A DNA stretch of 32,000 nt from Parasynechococcus marenigrum WH 8102. Its GTDB lineage: Bacteria > Cyanobacteriota > Cyanobacteriia > PCC-6307 > Cyanobiaceae. Below, piece by piece: positions 17,466 through 25,780 of this stretch. Where the stretch lies: assembly GCF_000195975.1 (NCBI RefSeq), contig NC_005070.1, positions 2,400,001 through 2,432,000 of the forward strand, read 5' to 3'. The notes beneath the pieces were generated by a model, which saw only the letters and a list, made by a program, of their open reading frames with translations, did no database searches and had not been told where the DNA came from. Position numbers and translations under genes: made by a program. Numbering within the stretch: position 1 is the stretch's first letter; each line of letters opens with the position of its first letter.

Positions 17466-18668
17466 TGTCCGTTGGGAAGCAGCCCAGAGACGGGTTGGCA
17501 ATCCCCAGACGTAGATGAATCCCTCAGCGGCGCGATGGTCGAAGGCGTCTTCACTGCCGTAGGACGCCATCGCAGGCACATACAGGCTGCTCTGGGTTGA
17601 ACCGCGGCCGATGACCGTGGCATTGCCCTTGTACAGACGCAGGCGCACGACGCCGTTGACATGCTGCTGGGTCCGGTCCATGAAACCGTCCAATGCATCC
17701 TTCAGCGGCCCGAACCACAGCCCCTGATACACCAGGTCAGCCCACTGCATCTCCAGCTGACGTTTGCTGCGCAGAACATCCGCGGCCAACGTCAAACTCT
17801 CCAGTTCCTGATGGGCCTGAATCAACAGCAGCAAGCCCGGTGTTTCGTAGATCTCCCTGGATTTAATCCCCACCACCCGGTTCTCGATCATGTCGAGACG
17901 GCCGATGCCGTGACTGCCCGCCAGACGGTTGGCTTCGCGGATCATCGCCACCGGATCCAGAACCTGGCCATTGATGGCGACGGGGTTGCCGGCTTCGAAG
18001 GCAATCTCGATCTCCTCCGCCGCATCAGGCGTATCCGACATCGGTGAGGTCATGGCGAACACCTCCTCCGGAGGCGCCACCATCGGATCTTCAAGCGGTC
18101 CCGCCTCGATGCTGCGACCCAGAAGGTTGAGATCGATCGAGTAGGGCGACTTCTTGCTCACCGGCGCCGGGATTCCGCAGCGCTCGCCATAGGCAATGGT
18201 CTCCTCACGGCTCATCCCCCACTCCCTCGCGGGGGTCAGCACCTTCAGATCGGGAGCAAGAGCAGCAATCGCCACATCGAAGCGCACCTGGTCGTTGCCC
18301 TTGCCAGTGCAGCCATGGGCCACTGCATCAGCACCCACCTCACGGGCCACCTCCACCAATCGGCGAGCGATCAACGGCCGCGCCAATGCTGTGGAGAGGG
18401 GGTAGCGCCCCTCGTACAGCGCGTTAGCGCGGATGGCAGGGAAGGCGAACTCTTCGATGAAGGGCTGAATCAGATCCCCCACCAACGACTGACTTGCGCC
18501 CGCATCCAGGGCCTTTTGACGAATCGGTTCCAGCTCATCGCCCTGGCCGAGATCAGCGGCGAAGGTGATGACCTCTTCAACACCCCATTCCTGCTTCAAA
18601 TAGGGAATGCAGACGCTGGTATCCACCCCGCCGGAGTAGGCGAGAACCACCTTGTTGGCGCGGCCCAT
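17457..18668 (-). CDS. argG: Argininosuccinate synthase
   Basis: [19 protein letters not shown] (ATP pyrophosphatase P-loop), [14 protein letters not shown], and full-length colinearity with ArgG. ATG 18668 overlaps the upstream ORF stop (TGATG). The track start at 18671 is a TTG. Confidence 0.95.
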   Translation of the reverse strand: MGRANKVVLAYSGGVDTSVCIPYLKQEWGVEEVITFAADLGQGDELEPIRQKALDAGASQSLVGDLIQPFIEEFAFPAIRANALYEGRYPLSTALARPLIARRLVEVAREVGADAVAHGCTGKGNDQVRFDVAIAALAPDLKVLTPAREWGMSREETIAYGERCGIPAPVSKKSPYSIDLNLLGRSIEAGPLEDPMVAPPEEVFAMTSPMSDTPDAAEEIEIAFEAGNPVAINGQVLDPVAMIREANRLAGSHGIGRLDMIENRVVGIKSREIYETPGLLLLIQAHQELESLTLAADVLRSKRQLEMQWADLVYQGLWFGPLKDALDGFMDRTQQHVNGVVRLRLYKGNATVIGRGSTQSSLYVPAMASYGSEDAFDHRAAEGFIYVWGLPTRLWAASQRTSG

Positions 18669-18919
18669 CAACGGGTCTCCTGATCAGAATCGATTGATTC
18701 TCCCCCTTCACCGGCCCCGGGCCGTGCTGCCGACAGCAGCACCCACCCCGCCATCAGCAACGCCGGCAGCAGCACGATGGTCAAAACAACAGCCCAGGGC
18801 GCCTGCAGCGGAGCTGGATGCTGATCACCCCAGAAGCGCAGACCCCAGCTGATCAGCAACGCCGAACCCCAGCTGAGCAACAGCACCACGGCATCACGCA
18901 TGGTAGTCATCAAGGGCAT
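18668..18919 (-). CDS. Hypothetical small membrane protein (2 predicted TM helices)
   Basis: 83-aa ORF. Hydrophobic segments [18 protein letters not shown] and [21 protein letters not shown]. Its stop overlaps the argG start by 1 nt. Alternative internal starts at 18910 and 18901. Confidence 0.45.
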   Translation of the reverse strand: MPLMTTMRDAVVLLLSWGSALLISWGLRFWGDQHPAPLQAPWAVVLTIVLLPALLMAGWVLLSAARPGAGEGGESIDSDQETR

Positions 18920-18954
18920 GCACTATGTTGATGGATTGGACTGTCTCCTCAAGG

Positions 18955-19206
18955 ATGAGCGCTCTCGACAGCATCAACCCCTCCCTGACGCGCTACGGAC
19001 GCAGGGATCCGGCCCCGGTGCTGCCCCTGCGTGAGGAGCCTGATCTGCTGAGCTGGCTCGAGGCCAGCGGCCGGCTGGTGGCTGATGAAGAATCCGGTTC
19101 TCCCGAAGTGAGCACGGTTGAAGAGGAGGAGCTCTCAGCACTGATGGGTGAGAAGGAGGATTACAACAACGCTGACGAGCAGAACGAGGAGCAGTGGGAG
19201 GACTGA
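18955..19206 (+). CDS. Small acidic conserved cyanobacterial protein (DUF3134-like)
   Basis: MSALDSINPSLTRY...PVLPLREEPDLLSWLEASGRLVADEE followed by a strongly acidic tail. This pattern matches my recollection of the DUF3134 family. The track ORF starts at 18925, but 18955 fits the family N-terminus better. Confidence 0.6.
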   Translation: MSALDSINPSLTRYGRRDPAPVLPLREEPDLLSWLEASGRLVADEESGSPEVSTVEEEELSALMGEKEDYNNADEQNEEQWED

Positions 19207-19274
19207 GGTCCGATCGTTGTCTGGTCGCTTTCGAACAGCTCCTCTAAGGTCCCAGCGCACCGGCCACCTCAGTC

Positions 19275-20381
19275 GTGACTGACATCAGCAACCGTCCTCG
19301 CACCTGGTGGGAGAACGGCACTGTCAGTGCTTCACTCCTGGCTGTTGCGGTTCTGGCAGGCAGCCTCGCCTCCGATAAGTGGGTGCCGAACAGTCAGCTG
19401 ACGCTGCCTCTGCTGATCTCCACCTCCGTGGCCGCACTGGTGGCCGCGGCAGGAATCCCGCGGCTCAAAGCCCTGAAGATGGGCCAGGTGATTCGGGTTG
19501 AAGGACCTCAAGCCCATCAGTCCAAGGCAGGCACCCCCACGATGGGGGGGCTGTTGGTGGTGCCCGTGGGCACGATCGTTGGCGGGCTGATCAGCCTGGA
19601 GGGCACAGAAGCTCAGCAGCTGCTTGCTGTTTCCGCCATCACCCTGGGCTACATGGTGATCGGTGGTTTTGATGATTGGCGCAGCCTCACACGCCAAACC
19701 AACACCGGCCTCACACCTCGCGGCAAGTTATTGCTGCAAAGCCTGATGGGGGTTCTCTTCCTCGCCGTGGCGGCATGGCAGGGCTGGATCAGCAGCAGCG
19801 TGTCCCTGCCCTTCGGTTGGACCCTGCCGCTCGGTTGGCTGATCTGGCCCCTGGGGCTGTTTGTGTTCCTGGCCGAAAGCAATGCCACTAACCTCACCGA
19901 TGGACTGGATGGGCTGGCCAGCGGTTGCGGCGCTTTGGTGTTCCTGGGAATGGCTGTGCAGTTGATGCTCAGGGGACACACCGGTGATCCAGCACTGGCG
20001 GGCTTCTGCATGACCATGGCCGGCGCCTGGCTCGGCTTCCTGATGCATAACCGCCACCCGGCGCGAGCATTCATGGGGGACACTGGCTCCCTCGCCATGG
20101 GAGCTGCCCTCAGCGGTGTGGCCCTGCTGTCGGACAGTCTTTGGCCTCTGCTGGTGATGGGCGGGGTCTTCCTGGCGGAGTCCCTGTCAGTGATCATTCA
20201 GGTGTGGGTGTTCAAGACCACCAAAGGACCGGACGGTCAAGGGCGACGCGTATTCCGGATGGCCCCCCTACACCATCACTTCGAACTGGGGGGCACCAGC
20301 GAACGCACAGTGGTGCCATGCTTCTGGCTCGCCACGGCCGGCTTCGTGCTGCTGGGGCTACTGCTTCGACCGACCATCTGA
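19275..20381 (+). CDS. mraY: Phospho-N-acetylmuramoyl-pentapeptide transferase
   Basis: GTG start. [48 protein letters not shown]: canonical MraY motifs. Confidence 0.95.
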
Positions 20382-20385
20382 GCCC

Positions 20386-20634
20386 ATGACTTACTTCACA
20401 TGGCGGGAATCCGGTCTCACCACGGACTGCGCCAGCCTGGAGGCGATGGCGGCACGGTTTGAGGAGTCCGCCAGCCTGATGCGACGCATGGCGGAGGAGG
20501 GGTTCCGCCTCGAGCGCGATGGCGACCAACAACGGATCACCCATCCCGATCCCTCGGTGTTCGAAGCCTGGGGATTCGTCAGTGAAGAATCTCCTGTTCG
20601 CCAGCTCACACTGATCCCGGATCTGGACACCTGA
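20386..20634 (+). CDS. Hypothetical soluble protein, 82 aa
   Basis: ATG 4 nt after the mraY stop, and its stop overlaps the next ORF's ATG (TGATG). Coding-like composition. No family recognised. Confidence 0.55.
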   Translation: MTYFTWRESGLTTDCASLEAMAARFEESASLMRRMAEEGFRLERDGDQQRITHPDPSVFEAWGFVSEESPVRQLTLIPDLDT

Positions 20635-20792
20635 TGGACGACCTGCTCACCAAAACAGCAGACCTGCTCTCCGCTGCCGCCGCTGATCCAGACCGTGTGC
20701 TGCGCTGGGTGTTGATTTACTTCGGCATCTCATCCCTGGGCTTCATCGCCGTCTGGTTGATTGGTGAGATCCGCCGTCAAAGCGGCCAATGA
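20634..20792 (+). CDS. Hypothetical 52-aa single-pass membrane protein (not in the supplied ORF track, below its size cutoff)
   Basis: Hand translation: MDDLLTKTADLLSAAAADPDRVLRWVLIYFGISSLGFIAVWLIGEIRRQSGQ*. The ATG overlaps the upstream TGA by 1 nt and its own TGA overlaps the purT ATG (ATGA). GC3 is about 70 percent, like neighbouring genes. Confidence 0.5.
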   Translation: MDDLLTKTADLLSAAAADPDRVLRWVLIYFGISSLGFIAVWLIGEIRRQSGQ

Positions 20793-21955
20793 CCCAATTT
20801 CCAAAGACGGTGATGCTTCTGGGCAGCGGCGAACTGGGGAAGGAGGTGGCCATCTCCGCCCAGCGCATCGGCTGTCATGTGATCGCCTGTGATCGCTACG
20901 CCGATGCTCCCGCGATGCAGGTGGCCGATCAGGCGGAAGTTCTGGCAATGACGGACACCGACGCATTGTTGGCAACGGTGCGTCGCCACCGCCCTGATGT
21001 GGTGATCCCCGAAATTGAAGCGCTGGCGGTGTCAGCTCTGGCGGAACTGGAGCAGGACGGAATCACAGTGATTCCCACCGCGCGGGCCACTGCGGTGACG
21101 ATGAACCGTGATCGGATCCGCGATCTCGCCGCCGGCGAACTCGCTCTGCGGTCTGCGCGTTTCGCCTATGCCGCCAGCGCGGAAGAACTGCGAGCCGAAG
21201 CCCCTGCCCTCGGCTGGCCCGTGGTGGTGAAACCGGTGATGAGCTCATCCGGCAAAGGTCAGAGCGTCGTGGATGGACCGGATGGTTTGGATCAGGCCTG
21301 GGACGCTGCAATGGCCGGCGCCAGGGGAACCTCCCCCCGCGTGATCGTGGAGGAATTTCTCCGTTTCGACCTTGAAATCACCCTGCTGACCATCCGCCAG
21401 CACAACGGTGAAACCCTGTTCTGTGCCCCGATCGGCCATGAACAGGAGCACGGTGATTACCAGTGCAGTTGGCAGCCAGCGGAGCTGTCGTCCGAGCAGC
21501 TGCATCAGGCCCAGGCGATGGCCAGGACGGTGACCCAGAACCTGGGGGGTGTTGGCCTGTTCGGTGTGGAATTCTTCCTCTGCGGCGATGAGGTGATCTT
21601 CTCGGAGCTCTCCCCACGACCACACGACACTGGCCTGGTGACCTTAATCAGCCAGAACCTGAGCGAATTCGAGCTGCACCTGCGTGCGGTTCTGGGTTTA
21701 CCGATCCCGTCGATCACGACTGCCGACGCAGCCGCCAGTCGTGTGATCCTTGCCCAGAACCAGATGGATGCTGTCAGCTACACGGGCGTCGATACTGCCC
21801 TGCAGGAACCCGACACCCAACTGCTGCTGTTCGGCAAACCCACGGCTCGCCCAGGACGTCGCATGGGGGTGGCCCTGGCCAGGGGGGAACACCTGGCAGA
21901 AGCGCGAGCCAAAGCCGATCGTGCCGCAGCCTGCGTTCGGGTGCTTCAGCGCTGA
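20789..21955 (+). CDS. purT: Formate-dependent phosphoribosylglycinamide formyltransferase (GAR transformylase 2)
   Basis: Colinear with E. coli PurT: VMLLGSGELGKEVAI, DRYADAPAMQVA, VVKPVMSSSGKGQS, FSELSPRPHDTGLVTLISQNLSEFELH, LFGKP. Confidence 0.95.
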   Translation: MTQFPKTVMLLGSGELGKEVAISAQRIGCHVIACDRYADAPAMQVADQAEVLAMTDTDALLATVRRHRPDVVIPEIEALAVSALAELEQDGITVIPTARATAVTMNRDRIRDLAAGELALRSARFAYAASAEELRAEAPALGWPVVVKPVMSSSGKGQSVVDGPDGLDQAWDAAMAGARGTSPRVIVEEFLRFDLEITLLTIRQHNGETLFCAPIGHEQEHGDYQCSWQPAELSSEQLHQAQAMARTVTQNLGGVGLFGVEFFLCGDEVIFSELSPRPHDTGLVTLISQNLSEFELHLRAVLGLPIPSITTADAAASRVILAQNQMDAVSYTGVDTALQEPDTQLLLFGKPTARPGRRMGVALARGEHLAEARAKADRAAACVRVLQR

Positions 21956-24078
21956 CTGGGAAACCGGTAATGACTTAATCCATCCAGCACGGCCGCAAGG
22001 CTGGGGCGACCTGAAAGCAGCACCCGTTTCTGTTGAGGATGGCGCACGAGGCAGGGATCATGATCTGCCGGTACCACCGTGGCCGGCAGCCCCCGGAGCA
22101 ACTCACCATCACCCTGCTGACTGGCCATCACCATGACCCTCTCGAGGGGCAGCTGCCAATGCAGAGCTAGGTGACGAATCGCCTCACTGCGGGACGCCAG
22201 CCGAGGAAGGACGTCCAGATACCAGTGGCAGCGCCGTTGAGGCCGAGCCGATAGACCCTCCCGCCTCAGCCGCTGACGCACGTGGCTCAACACCGATTCA
22301 TCCGGCTGACGTTGCAGGTAACTCAGCTTCCAGGGCCCCTGATGCTCTTCGCTTTGAAGTTCTAAAAGGTCGTGGAGATCCTCCATCACAGCCTCCACGG
22401 ATTCACGCTGCCAATCGGTATCGATGTGCTGCGCCCAGATGTGATCGGGCTGAAGATCCTCGCCCAGGTGAATCTCACTGCCTGCCCGGCTGATCCAGAC
22501 CAACGGCGAGGGCAGATGCAGATCGCCGTAGCGCTGCCGCGCCGCCGCCAATGATCGACCGGTCAGGATCCCCAAGCCGTAGCGCTGACCATCGCGTTCA
22601 AGCTGGCTGCGCAAAGCGGTGAGCGACGGGCCATCGGGACAATCGAGGGTGCTGTCGAGATCCAGCAACAACAGATGATCCGGCCGATGCGATGAGGCCG
22701 GGGAACCCTGAGGCCTTGGACCGACTGATGGCAGCTGATGCAGATGGGCTTGCATCAGTCCCAGATAGCGACAGACATGGGCATCCCAACTGAAATGTCG
22801 CGACACCGCCTCCACGCCGTTGTCACTCCAGCGCCGCCAGCGACTGGCATCCTTGCCAGCCCGTTCCAGCGCCTCCTGCAAGGCACCGGCATCGATTACA
22901 TCCACCAACAGGCCGTTCTCACAGCGGGCCTGAATATCGCGAGGACCACCGTCATCGGTAGCGACCATCGGCAGACCACAGGCCGCGGCCTCCAGCAACG
23001 TGAGACCGAATGGTTCCGTCAGCGCAGGGTTAACAAACAGACCTCCCCGTTGAACTGCCCAGCGATAGAAGGCCGGCACCTGCGAGCGGCGATGCTGTTT
23101 CGGATAGGCGACCGAGCCGTAGAGGTCGTAACGATCGACGAGATCGAACACCTGCTGGAACACATCCCGTTGCTGCTTCTCCATCTGTCGGGGATCTTCA
23201 CGGCACCCCAGCACCAACACGAGATTGTGGCGGTCCCGCAGCACCGATGAGGATCCGAAGGCTTCCAACAGAGCCGGGATGTTCTTGCGGCGGACAGCAC
23301 GGGAAATCGCCAACAAGGGAGGCTTGCTGGGATCGCGAAGAAAGGGGCTGAGCAACTGATCGAGAGCATCCCCTTCAGCGGCGGAAGAAACGGGGTGAAA
23401 GCGTCCGGCATCCACGCCGGGCGGGATCACCTGGACGCGATCACGACGAAACTGCGAATAGCGGGCGTATTGCAGGTCAGCTTCCTGCTGCGTGCTGGTG
23501 ATCACCAGATCCGCCTGGGTGAGTGCCTGCTCCTCCGCTTCAATCCGACGGCTCATGGCGTAGGCCTGTTCGATCTGTTGACGATCGCCACCGCCGGCGA
23601 GAAGACGACGTTGCTTTTCGCGGCCAAGGGAATGACCGGTGAATACCAGGGGTAAACCAAGCCGTTGGCTCACCAGAGCCCCGACGAAACCGGCATCGGC
23701 GTAATGGGCGTGAATCCAATCCACCTCGTGGCCGGGCTGGGTGAGGTGATGCACCAGCTGATCGGCAAGATCTTCCAGATGCGGCCAAAGCTGTTCCTTG
23801 CGCAGATAACGCTTCGGACCAAACGGAAAGCGCAGGATTCGAGCACCGGGAGCAATCACCTCGAGTGGGCGCTCATAGTCCGCGGCAACCCGACGGTCCT
23901 GCACAAGACGTGTCACCACATCGACCCGATCAACCTCGGGACGCTGGGCCAGGCTGCGCACGAGATCCAGCACGTAGAGGGTCTGGCCGCCGGTGTCCGC
24001 ATCACGACCAAGCTCCAGATCCCGGGAACGGAACAGACCGTACAAGTGCAGATGAAGGACACGGACACCCCTTCCCAT
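21946..24078 (-). CDS. sps: Sucrose-phosphate synthase, two-domain form (GT-B glycosyltransferase plus C-terminal sucrose-phosphatase-like HAD domain)
   Basis: HLHLYGLFRSRDLELGRDADTGGQTLYVLDLVRSLA, NPALTEPFGLTLLEAAACGLPMVAT (GT4/SPS core). The C-terminal domain carries LLLLDLDSTLD and ILTGRS. ATG 24078 (MGRGVRVLHLH) is preferred over the track's TTG at 24099. Confidence 0.9.
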   Translation of the reverse strand: MGRGVRVLHLHLYGLFRSRDLELGRDADTGGQTLYVLDLVRSLAQRPEVDRVDVVTRLVQDRRVAADYERPLEVIAPGARILRFPFGPKRYLRKEQLWPHLEDLADQLVHHLTQPGHEVDWIHAHYADAGFVGALVSQRLGLPLVFTGHSLGREKQRRLLAGGGDRQQIEQAYAMSRRIEAEEQALTQADLVITSTQQEADLQYARYSQFRRDRVQVIPPGVDAGRFHPVSSAAEGDALDQLLSPFLRDPSKPPLLAISRAVRRKNIPALLEAFGSSSVLRDRHNLVLVLGCREDPRQMEKQQRDVFQQVFDLVDRYDLYGSVAYPKQHRRSQVPAFYRWAVQRGGLFVNPALTEPFGLTLLEAAACGLPMVATDDGGPRDIQARCENGLLVDVIDAGALQEALERAGKDASRWRRWSDNGVEAVSRHFSWDAHVCRYLGLMQAHLHQLPSVGPRPQGSPASSHRPDHLLLLDLDSTLDCPDGPSLTALRSQLERDGQRYGLGILTGRSLAAARQRYGDLHLPSPLVWISRAGSEIHLGEDLQPDHIWAQHIDTDWQRESVEAVMEDLHDLLELQSEEHQGPWKLSYLQRQPDESVLSHVRQRLRREGLSARPQRRCHWYLDVLPRLASRSEAIRHLALHWQLPLERVMVMASQQGDGELLRGLPATVVPADHDPCLVRHPQQKRVLLSGRPSLAAVLDGLSHYRFPSQR

Positions 24079-24138
24079 GACTGCGATCCCTTCAAACAAC
24101 AGCGGAATCGAGCGACTCCGTTGGTTTGTATTTAGGGA

Positions 24139-24168
24139 GAAAAAACGAACTGAAAGTTGAAAAAAACG
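24139..24168. repeat. Pair of A-tract motifs GAAAAAACG / GAAAAAAACG spaced 20 nt start to start, 61-90 nt upstream of the sps ATG
   Basis: Read directly: 24139-24147 and 24159-24168, within the AT-rich 185-nt spacer. Confidence 0.6.
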
Positions 24169-24206
24169 TTAGGGATGATCGTTCTGGAGCGATCTGATTC
24201 AGCCAA

Positions 24207-24226
24207 AACACTGATGAACACTGACG
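24207..24226. repeat. Tandem 10-nt direct repeat AACACTGATG / AACACTGACG
   Basis: Read directly: two adjacent copies at 9/10 identity, in the spacer between the hydrolase stop and the sps start. Confidence 0.6.
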
Positions 24227-24283
24227 ATCAACAACCCCTTCTCAACGACTCAATGGAGAATCAATTGTGAAGAACAAGCACTG

Positions 24284-25780
24284 TCAGAGCTTATTGCTCA
24301 CATCCACCAGATCAACCTGATCATCACCCCAGCCACCGCCCCTGAAGCTGACGACCCCATTCACCCCCAGCTGCTCATTGATCCAGGCCAGCAGCAGCGG
24401 TCCGACCAGAGCCGGTCGATCTTCCCCTTGAAAACTGCGCAGGCTGAAGTGGTCAGCACCCCTCACCAGCACCAGGCGATGGCCAAACTGTGCAGCCTTG
24501 GTATCGCGCATCGGGGAGATCGCCTCAGGGCCTGAAGGAACCACCCAGTCGCGGGTGCCACTGATCAACAGCACCTTGGAATTGAGGCTGGTGGTACTAG
24601 TGGGTTCAAACAGCAGACGCAAGGGAGGACTGACGGCCACGACAGCCTTGACCCGCTGGTCAGCAATACCGGCTCTGTTGATGCCGCTCAACCAGCTGCA
24701 CTGGAGCACCCAGCTCAAGTTGCGCTCAGGGTCTTTGAGATCACTGCAATGGCTCTTGAGCTTGCGTTCAGTCGGAACACCACCTGCAAGCTGGAGTGTT
24801 GTGGTGGCACCCCAGGAATGACCCACCACCGCAACAGTCTCGGTGTTCAAGCCTCGGCCCTTCATCAGACGGCCAGACTCGACAGCATCGAGCAGAGCAG
24901 AGACATCCAGTGGACGCAGACGAAGTTCCTCCGGTCCTGGGGGCGGCCGATCACCGGCCAACATCGCCTTCTGTTGACTGAAATCACTGCCTGGGTGGTC
25001 CGGCAGGAGCACCGTATAACCCTGGGCCGCCAGCACCTCCCCCCATCCTTCAAACGATTCAGGGTCATCCCAGAGGCCATGGGAGATCACCACCAGACGC
25101 CCATTGGCTGAGCCATTTGGCACCAGGGTCAGCACCCTGAGTAGTTGCGGACGATGGGTCACAGAAAGACGAACGACCTGACGGGTCCAGGACGGCTTCA
25201 ACGGAGCCCGCAACGATGGCGTGACCGTTTCAGCAGGCCCTGCCAAAGCCAAAGCAACGCCCTGCTCCTGATTGGCTTTGAGTCGGTTCGCCGCAACAGC
25301 CACCCGAGATAGATCAATGGAGGCCTGATCACCAGGCAGTTCCCGCAGGAAGCCGAGCACATTGGGTTGGCCATTGCGTTCAGCTCGCACCAGAGCATCC
25401 GTCAACATCCGACCACTGGTGTCCGGATCCACCCCATCGAGATCGACCAGATCAGCAGCCGCAATCAGAGCCTGCTCAAGCAACGGCTGGCCGGTGGACC
25501 CTTCCAGGAAGGCCTTGGTCTCGACGGGTAGCGGCGCCAGAAAAATCTTGCTGATCAGATCTAGAAGTTGTCCACCGCTCGCCGATTGGAGATCGTCAAG
25601 ATCAGGGCTGGATCGAATCAGTTCTGAAGCGGACTCAGCCTCTCCGAGGTTGATGGTGACGCTCGTCTCCAGGAACGGCATGCGCAGCATCAAGTGCTCG
25701 AGCGCCTGGGCCGGTGCAGCGAATCCTGACAGTGCAAGGCCACTGAGGAAAGCAGCCCAATGGTTGCGACAACGCGTCAT
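24284..25780 (-). CDS. Secreted alpha/beta hydrolase with N-terminal DUF1400-like domain (COG4188/PAF-acetylhydrolase-like fold)
   Basis: Signal peptide ending AAPAQA. The N-terminal ~150 aa resemble the cyanobacterial DUF1400 domain. Nucleophile elbow GHSWG, with VVISHGLWDD and LLPDHPGSD upstream. The ATG overlaps the uvrA stop by 1 nt. Confidence 0.8.
   Translation of the reverse strand: MTRCRNHWAAFLSGLALSGFAAPAQALEHLMLRMPFLETSVTINLGEAESASELIRSSPDLDDLQSASGGQLLDLISKIFLAPLPVETKAFLEGSTGQPLLEQALIAAADLVDLDGVDPDTSGRMLTDALVRAERNGQPNVLGFLRELPGDQASIDLSRVAVAANRLKANQEQGVALALAGPAETVTPSLRAPLKPSWTRQVVRLSVTHRPQLLRVLTLVPNGSANGRLVVISHGLWDDPESFEGWGEVLAAQGYTVLLPDHPGSDFSQQKAMLAGDRPPPGPEELRLRPLDVSALLDAVESGRLMKGRGLNTETVAVVGHSWGATTTLQLAGGVPTERKLKSHCSDLKDPERNLSWVLQCSWLSGINRAGIADQRVKAVVAVSPPLRLLFEPTSTTSLNSKVLLISGTRDWVVPSGPEAISPMRDTKAAQFGHRLVLVRGADHFSLRSFQGEDRPALVGPLLLAWINEQLGVNGVVSFRGGGWGDDQVDLVDVSNKL

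Noticed and set aside
19203-19272. A 7-bp inverted repeat CTGAGGT ... ACCTCAG enclosing the whole spacer between the DUF3134-like gene and mraY.
   Set aside because: A single 7-mer pairing across 56 nt has an appreciable chance expectation, and I see no supporting internal helices. It is not reported as a structured leader.
9579-21955. purU (which produces formate) and purT (which uses formate) considered as a linked formate-cycling module.
   Set aside because: The functional relationship is established biochemistry. The genes are about 10 kb apart on opposite strands with unrelated genes between them. There is no sequence evidence of co-regulation here.
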